NCBI RefSeq assembly: GCF_009914755.1
Contig: NC_060926.1
Strand: one strand, 5' to 3'
DNA: 64,000 nucleotides
Source of the DNA: the human T2T-CHM13v2.0 reference genome, Homo sapiens
In this document: positions 56,027-64,000 of the stretch, in pieces
Layout of the letters: every line of letters starts with the position of its first letter
Position numbering within the stretch: the first letter of the stretch is position 1
The notes under the pieces: generated by a model
What the model was told of the DNA's origin: nothing
The model's input: the letters and a program-made list of their open reading frames with translations, nothing else
Database searches by the model: none
Program-made: the position numbers and the translations under genes

Positions 56027-58808
56027 TTAAAATTCATAAAATAAAAAGCGAGTTCCTATTGTAGTCCCAGCTGTATGCTTTTCAAAAGGCAAAAAATAGC
56101 CTGAGTACTGTTGACACCCTGGGAGAGGGTGCCCTCCTCCCTTTCTGCTGTGCTGGCATAGACCAATTCTAGGATGGCAAGGAGGTCTTCCGTACTGGGA
56201 ACACCTGAGATGCCTTCATTCTTGCTGCTGCTCCCCTTAACATCATTTTTGCAAGGCCAAGGAGAATTACTTTAATAGATTTCAGGTCTTTGTGCAGTTT
56301 GCTTTGTCTGAATGCATCCTTTCCCCTTTGCGCCTAGCTAACTCACTCCTCCCTGCCATATCATCCAGGAAGCTTTCTCTGACCTTCTCCCAGACTGGAA
56401 GTCTGCAGACTTCTCTGATCTAGATTAGGTGCACCTCCTTGGGACCTAATATCTTCTCTGCCTATCACTCTCAGGGTTAATCATCTACTTACTCATCTGT
56501 ATCCCTCACTAAACCCCTTGAGGACAAGTCTAGTATTCTGTGTCTTCAGGGTTTAGCCTTGGGTCTAGAACCTAACAGATCTTCAGTAAATGTGAACCAA
56601 GCTGATCTAAAATGAGTGCTTTTCAAATAGAGGACACCCCAACAAGTCCAGCTTCCTACTGGTTTTTGTTTAGGGTGTGGTCAGAGTAGCAACCTCCCAT
56701 TTGCTCTATATTGAAAATCCTGACCATCAGGAACCTAATCAATGCATGGGTGTAGGAGGTGGAGGAAGCACAGCTGGCTCTCCAGTCTCCAGCCCAGGGT
56801 CTGGCACATAGCACTGGCTCAGGAATATTGTTTGATTGAACGACCAGAAGGAAACAAAGTTGGAAAACGCCAAGATATATTCAAAATTAAGATGTGGTGG
56901 TCCCACAAAGTCCTGAATCATCGAAGAAAAACTCATTTAACTTATTGTTTATTAGATGCTAATCACACTGAAATATCCAAACTCATTTCCAGGCTTTCTA
57001 AGTAGAAGAGACTTAGAGAAGAACTCACTTTTTTTCCCCAGAAAAGAGAATAACTGAGACTATTTCTGCACATTCCAGTTAATGGATTAATGTAATGAAT
57101 GTTGGTAGGTCAAATAATGCAGCTGTGTAAACATTTGTTTAAGCTGCTGCCAACAAAGAAGTTTAATCTCCCTGAAGGAAACTTCATTTTTAGTCCCTTC
57201 GGAAACATCTATTTACAAATAATCAAATTGATATACACAGTATTTCTCAATGTACATCCCAGGGCACTTGTTTATCACAGCATGTTGTATTTTGCTATAG
57301 GCATTTATAAATAATAAAATTGCTTTTTAAAAAAATAATAGAAATCCCTTCACATTCTCCATAGTTATTCAAAGCAAAGATAGTTTTTTTATATAGAAAT
57401 AATTGCATGTGATTTTTCAATTTAAAGAATGAAATTATGTCCTTTTTGGTGTCACATCAGTTAAAGGGTAGGTGATATGACTGTCTTTTTGTGTGCTGCA
57501 AGGAGGAGGAATCAGTTAAGCTTTGAAGACTGGGAAAAAAGGAAGAGTTGAGGATGGATGAAGTATATCACTGGAGAGTACTTACTAGAATTCATCGACT
57601 CAGACTTCATTCAATAAGAAAATATTTATTGATTACCTACTATGTGTTAGCCGCTGTTTCAGAAGCTTACTGCTGAATGATGATGCAAGAAGATTTTCAC
57701 GAAAGAGATTGTGGTGAGGTAGAAAGAGCTCTGAACAAAAAATAACTGATTTTAGTTCTATAAATGCCTTGGGTAACTTCTTGTCCTCGCTGGTCTCTAT
57801 CCTGTATGTATGTAAAAAGAGGGTGGTGGGATTGAACCGCATGATCTCCAATTCCTATATGTCTCTGCCACCAAAGTACCACCAGATGACTAAAAAAGGA
57901 AACTTTGCATAGGCAATTTCAATGTGGGAAGAGTACAATATGTTAAGGTTTAATAGACGAACAGGCCGAGAAAGCTGTGTGGCTGGCATAATAGAGAAGG
58001 AGTGTTCATGATTCTTTTTGAAGGGAGCGTGGTAAACTGGGTGGCAGATAAGTGGAAGAGTTCTGAGGAAATTGCAGCTGAGAACTGGATCTATTTTTCC
58101 ATGTCTCCATACTCTCATAGATATGGGCTCTAGTAAAATTGAAGCCAGGCTCAATGTTAGCAGCATGGTGTACCAGAAAAAAAATGTTTTATGATAGTCC
58201 TGGGTTGGATATTTTTCTGTCCAACTCGATTATTAGCTCCCTGTGGTCTCCCTTTCTTATTTCCTATCTGGATGGTGTTGGAAAGTGTCTAATCCTTTTA
58301 GATTAAGGTTGATGCATACATTATATGAGTTAATATATATGACACTTAATATATGATACTGAGTAAATTCTTGAACGTCAATTTGTTTTCTTGCTAGTAT
58401 AAAAGTACAATGATCTGGGATCTTCTATTAGCCAAATTGTGAATATTTGCTTAACTAAAGAATTATTCTCTCATAAAGATAATGATGACTCTTATGTTTG
58501 CCACCTTGGACTGGAGTATATGTTTTCTTTGACAAGTATTTCACAAGTATAGGCTTCTAAGTGTCATTTCCCTATGCCCCATTACCCCTTTTGCCAATGC
58601 ATTATCCACCTGCTGTTGGAGTTTTCTTTCTAAAGCACAGTTCTGATCATGCTACTCCTCTGCTCAAAATTCTACATTGGCTCCCTGTTGCTTACACAAC
58701 AAAATTCCACCCCTGTGCTTGCATTCTAAGCTCACCATGATTCAGATTCACCATGTCTTTCCAGCCTCATCTCACATCATATCACTGCATGCACATTACC
58801 CTCTATTT

Positions 58809-58999
58809 CAGGGGTTCTCAAATCTAAGTGTGCTTCAGAGTCACCTGGATGTCTTGTTGAAACACATGTTTCTGGGCGTTATGCCCAGCATTTCTGATTC
58901 TGTGAGTCTAAGAGGGAGCCTTGAAATTTTGCATTTCTAATAAGTTCCCAGTTGACACTGATGTTGCTTATCTAGGGACTACACTTTTAAGAACCACTG
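58809..58999. mobile_element. MER5A
   Basis: Runs 'caggggttctcaaa...cagagtcacctgga' to 'ggactacacttttaagaaccactg'. Confidence 0.85.
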
Positions 59000-59001
59000 T
59001 T

Positions 59002-59312
<311 letters not shown>

Positions 59313-60639
59313 GAGAACCATTGCTCTAACAACACCAAATGCTGGTTCTTTTGGAATATATCTAGTGTCTACTTTTTCATCTTAGCATTTTTCTGATGCT
59401 CTTTCCTCCTTCCTTGGGCTCCTTCTATTGGTAGAATTCCTCTCATTTTTAAAACTAATTTTACTTTCTTAGGAAGCTCGTACTAATCACTCAGTCAGTA
59501 TTAAAGAGGGAGCACTGACTCTTGTTTCCCTTCACAACATGCTGCTTGTACTCTGCTTTAGTATTTATACCATTCTGCATTGTACTAGAGCTAATTGTGT
59601 TTGTCCTCTTGCTCACATTCAGTTGTCAAGCCCATGAAAGAAGGGACCATATTTCATTAATCTTCGATCTTCAAACGAACTGAATTTCATCATGGTGCCT
59701 AAAAGCCAGCCCCAGTAATTACACATCTGTTTTCTTTAAAATGTATCTGATTATTGCAGCCTGCAGAAGACAACAATCTTATGGGTGGCAGCCACCCTGC
59801 CTTTTGAGGTAGAAGGATATGCACCATTTAAGTGCCTGAACAAATGGATTCCATCAGCAACCTGATAGAGAAATTTACCAAGGTTAGAAAGAAACCAGCC
59901 TGAAATGTTGGGGTGGTAGGTTTCAGAGCTGCCTGTATAATAAAGATGCTGAACCCCATTGCAGTAAGTCAAGCTGTCACAGGGAACACTATCTAAAGCC
60001 AACTCCAATCTAATGAGGTGTTTGAATTATTGTTAAAAGGAAGAATGCCAGAAGCTATTTCTTCTCTGTGGATTGTGCTTTCCTATACCAAATGTACAGG
60101 AAAGAACCAGGGGAATTAGTAATGAAGCCAGAGTAAATGCACAGTCTGGAGAAAGTTTTGTTCAATCTAAATTTCAGAGAATGTAACATAATCAATTTCC
60201 TTAAATACTCTGTCAGTTTCCAAAGAGCACAGAGTGAACCCAATTCTCCCATATGACACCCCGCTCTCTGTTAGTGGGAAAGGTGCTTGTTAGCCTCCCT
60301 CCTACTCCAGTTTCTCTGCCCCTGCTTTCCTCTTGAATACCAGGTCCTCTTCCCTTCTTATGCCTCATACTATACTTGGGCATTCCATCTGACCTGACTT
60401 CCTCTGTCATCTTTTTGCTGATGACCACGTCTTTCCTTGGGCTCCTTCTATTGGAGGAGGATCCAATAGAAGGTTCCAGCCTAGATCCTCCTCCTGAGCC
60501 TCAGATCCCTGGAGCCAATAATTTTCTCTTAATTCTCCTTGGCTGTTCCACAGTCATCTCAGATTCAGTATCTCCCCAAATTAACTCATCATTTTCCTGG
60601 TACTTTGGTTATTTGTAGGGTGTCTACCTCAAAGAACAA

Positions 60640-61225
60640 GGAGTTGGTACAACCATTTTAGAAAGCTGTTCAATCATTTCTACTAAAGCTGAATGAATGC
60701 ACAGGACATGACCCCAAAATAGCCAACAGAATTGCTTACATATATTCACCAGAAGAGATGTACAAGAATGTTTATACCACACTATTTGTTATACCTCCCA
60801 ACTGGAAATGATCCAAGGTGTCTCTAGACTGTAGAATGGGTACATCATTGTGGCTTATTCATACAATAAAATGCCATTCATCATTAATAATGAACAAACC
60901 ATGTGGAACACCATGAGTGAACCCTACAAACATAAGGTTAAAAAAAAGCCAGAAGCCAGATACAGAATATAGACTGAATACTTCCGCTTGTATAAAGTTC
61001 AAAAGCAGGCAGAATGAAGCTGTGTTGTGAAAAGTCAGGAGAGAGAATACCCTTGGGGAAGTGTGATGGGAAGGAACCCTGAGAGCTTCGGGGATACTGG
61101 TAATGTTCTTTTTCTCAATCTGGATGCTGATTTACGTGATGGTGTTCAGTTTGGGAAAATTCCTTGTATGGCACACTAGAGAGCTGTGGACTTTTCTCAA
61201 TATATATGTCAATAAAAGTTACAAA
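60640..61225 (+). mobile_element. L1ME/MC-like 3' end
   Basis: 'tttctactaaagctgaa', 'tataaagttcaaaagcaggcagaa', 'gggatactggtaatgttct...atctggatgctg'; ends 'tcaataaaagtt'. Confidence 0.8.
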
Positions 61226-61694
61226 GATAAGTAAAGAACATGGATCACTGCTCTCCGTCTCTTTCAGCTGCTGAGAGTTCAGCCTTCAGTCCTGGTTCTG
61301 TCATTTTCTTATGCTGGGTAACTTTCCTATGTGGCTATGAGGGCCCTTGGTGGCCCTCATCCCCAGTAGAATGAGAAGACATATGTGTGAGGGCACAGTA
61401 TGTAAGGTTTAGTCAGAGTGATGTTTCTAACCATCTGGTTAGCTGTTCAGGCCTCCATGGCTTTCTACGCCCAAGGTGGGTCCCCATGAACACTGGCCTC
61501 AGTCTAAAACTCAGCCTGAGAAGAGACTGCATGTTGAAACTCTGTAGTATGAGTCACTTGTGGACATAGATTCCCTATGTAGGAAGCTAAACAGGTGTTT
61601 GGTGTGTGAATCAATTTTATAGTCTCCAAATAAATGGAATTTAAGAGCTGCTGTTGGCTAGAAACCCAGATTTGTATCGCAAGTGGGATAGAGT

Positions 61695-62172
61695 CCATTA
61701 TCAGCTGAGTTGCAGCATTCGTCTTTTAGTTAGCAGATAAACTCTGGAATCTCTGTGGCTAAAAGATAAAACCTGAAATCTCAGAGTATTAACTCAGTAG
61801 AAGTTTATTTCTAGCTTTTGTTAAGTCTAACAGCAGCAGTGTTGGGGAGATGGGGCTGGGGAGAGAAGAATCCACACCATGCAGCCGTTCAGGCTTTCAG
61901 AAGCTTTGGTGTCTTCAACATGTGGCTTCCAAGGACACTTTGGACACTGACATCCAGCTGGCACAGAGGAAAATAAGAGTGGAGGACTGTGCAGTAAGTT
62001 TTCACAGTCAGGCCTGGCAACAGCATCTCTCATGTCTTTCCAGTTTTTATTGGCTAGAATCTGGTCATATCACTGCATCTAACAGCAAGGGAGTCTAGGA
62101 AGTATGGCCCAGCTGTGGGCATGGAAGAAAGGAAAACAAATTTGATGACTAGCTAGCCAGTGTCTGCCACAT
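61695..62172 (-). mobile_element. Old MLT1 (J/K-like) LTR
   Basis: 'agaagtttatttctagc' ... 'tattggctagaatctggtcat...gcaaggggagtctaggaagt...tgtctgccaca'. Confidence 0.7.
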
Positions 62173-62449
62173 TTAGATTTACCTACAAGCAGAGAAAAAC
62201 TACATAGTATTGAAGGTGGATGTCGAAAGCAAATGTGATCCTCTGTTGGGTGGAATATATCACAGATGTGGCACTAGGAAGTAAGATTTCCTGCCTGATG
62301 AGCTGAGGGGAGACATCCAAAATAAAACTGTGCCCTTATTGCAATTCAGAGATAATTTTTTGTTCTTTTGGTGCTACAAGCTGAAAATGGAACACTGAGA
62401 AAATGTGTGAGCATTCCATGGTGAGTAAACAGAAGAGGAAGACTGACTT

Positions 62450-63330
62450 TCCTAATTAGTGTCCTCCCACTGCAACTTTTTTCTTCTACATTGTCTCACA
62501 TTCACACAGTCACCTAAGCCTCACATTGAGAGAAGTTCTTCCATCTTCATATTTATCCATATATTTACTATGACCTGCCAAGTTCGTGCCCTACATTGTA
62601 TTCACTCCATTGCATCAGTGCATTTCTACTGATGCTCTTCCAATTCTGGAAATCTAGTTCTCAAGTGGGCTACTGCCATATGTCTATCAGATCTTCCCAC
62701 TTACCATCTCTTTCCTTTGATCTAGTCTCCACGCATTGTCAAAATCATCTTAAAGTAACGTTGTTCAAGCATTCCAGTGACTCCCCATTGCCTGTAAAAT
62801 TAAATATAAACTCCTTTGTTTGACGTATACAGCATTACTCAATCTAGACTCAAAATGCACTGTTCACCTTTATCTCTGGAAATTGAACAACCCTACCAAT
62901 TCTGTATTCCAGCCTACCCTAACTCCTTGTCATACTCTGTACAATCTCAAGTCCATTTCACAGGCTTCCAAGCATGCCTTTTCTGGGCTTCACCTGGTGA
63001 GTCCCTAATCATTAATAAAACCTAACTCAAATGTCACCTCTTTCTTGAGACTTCCAAAGCTCCTTCAGGGAGAGTTAATTCCAGTAAGACTTATCTTGGT
63101 TATAGCACTCATCACATTGCATTGTATTTTCTTGTTATCCACCTCTCCTGCTATATTGTCCTGGAAGGCAATGTAGTGTGGGGGAAAAAAGACAGAATTT
63201 AGAAGTCAGATTAGACCTAGATTTGATTTCTACCATTTCACATGACTACCTATGTAGCTTTAAGTTACCTAAGCTCTCTAAACTACAGGATCCTCTTCTG
63301 TGAAATGGGGATGGTAATATTTCATATGAT
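62450..63330. mobile_element. L2 relic followed by MIR (~63165-63330)
   Basis: L2 motifs 'ttccagtgactccccattgcc' and 'ctcaaatgtcacctc'; MIR motif 'aagttacctaagctctctaa...tctgtgaaatggggatggtaata'. Confidence 0.7.
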
Positions 63331-63535
63331 ATGTATACAATGTCTTATACAGGACAAGAAACCACATGCCTAATTTATTTATTATTCCCCAGTATTCTCC
63401 TCCTCTTTCTTGTATTTTGTCTTATATAAAAGGCTATCTTTCAGTAAAGGCATACAATAAAGGTTTTCTAAATGAATGAACTAGAAAGTTAGCATCTTGG
63501 GACTATCTAGTGCTTACCTCCATCACAGCTCTCCC

Positions 63536-64000
63536 TTTTTTTTTTTTTTTAATTATACTTTAAGTTTTAGGGTATATGTGCACATTGTGCAGGTTAGTTA
63601 CATATGTATACATGTGCCATGCTGGTGCGCTGCACCCACTAACTCGTCATCTAGCATTAGGTATATCTCCCAATGCTACCCCTCCCCCCTCCCCCCACCC
63701 CACCACAGTCCCCAGAGTGTGATATTCCCCTTCCTGGGTCCATGTGATCTCATTGTTCAGTTCCCACCTATGAGTGAGAATATGCGGTGTTTGGTTTTTT
63801 GTTCTTGCGATAGTTTACTGAGAATGATGATTTCCAATTTCATCCATGTCCCTAAAAAGGACATGAACTCATCATTTTTTATGGCTGCATAGTATTCCAT
63901 GGTGTATATGTGCCACATTTTCTTAATCCAGTCTATCATTGTTGGACATTTGGGTTGGTTCCAAGTCTTTGCTATTGTGAATAATGCCGCAATAAACATA
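63536..64000 (-). mobile_element. Young L1 3' end (L1PA2 / non-Ta L1HS-like), runs off the window
   Basis: Poly-T tail; 'gtgcacattgtgcaggttagttac', 'tgcgctgcac' and 'ccacagtccccagagtgtgatatt' are young-type; GAG rather than ACA/ACG at the Ta position ('actaactcgtc'). Confidence 0.92.

Noticed and set aside
62381-62426. Possible 40-nt exon ending in ATG|GTGAGT
   Set aside because: The acceptor is weak (AAG) and nothing else supports it; isolated consensus donors are common.

Overview
This window is primate genomic DNA, very likely human or another hominine, since it carries Alu, L1PA2-like, L1PA4-like and THE1/MST elements. It looks intergenic or deep intronic. I can support no host protein-coding gene, RNA gene or CRISPR array. 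The only recognisable protein relics are retroelement-derived: L1 ORF1/ORF2 and ERV1 gag/env scraps. Most of the window is interspersed repeat: MIR/L2, MaLR LTRs (MLT1, MST, THE1), six Alus, several L1s including a near full-length L1PA3/4-type copy, a two-LTR MER4-group ERV1 provirus with a tRNA-Ile PBS, and DNA-transposon MITEs. From about 34.2 to 55.6 kb an old L1M hosts a deep nest of later insertions, most with readable target-site duplications (TSDs). A 1.5-kb compound minisatellite (constant 26-bp core plus variable (GT)n, about 31 units) explains the long His/Thr-rich ORFs. The most unusual signal is a recurrent set of local templated insertions: short copies of nearby sequence, often with fold-back inverted repeats, pasted 0.01-2.3 kb from their source (about 1.1-1.47 kb, 16.87-17.07 kb, 29.5 kb, 37.1 kb, 42.8-43.3 kb and 55.9 kb). 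I found no evidence for a novel protein-coding system. Repeat subfamily names come from recalled consensus sequences and need Dfam/RepeatMasker confirmation; boundaries of ancient repeats are approximate.
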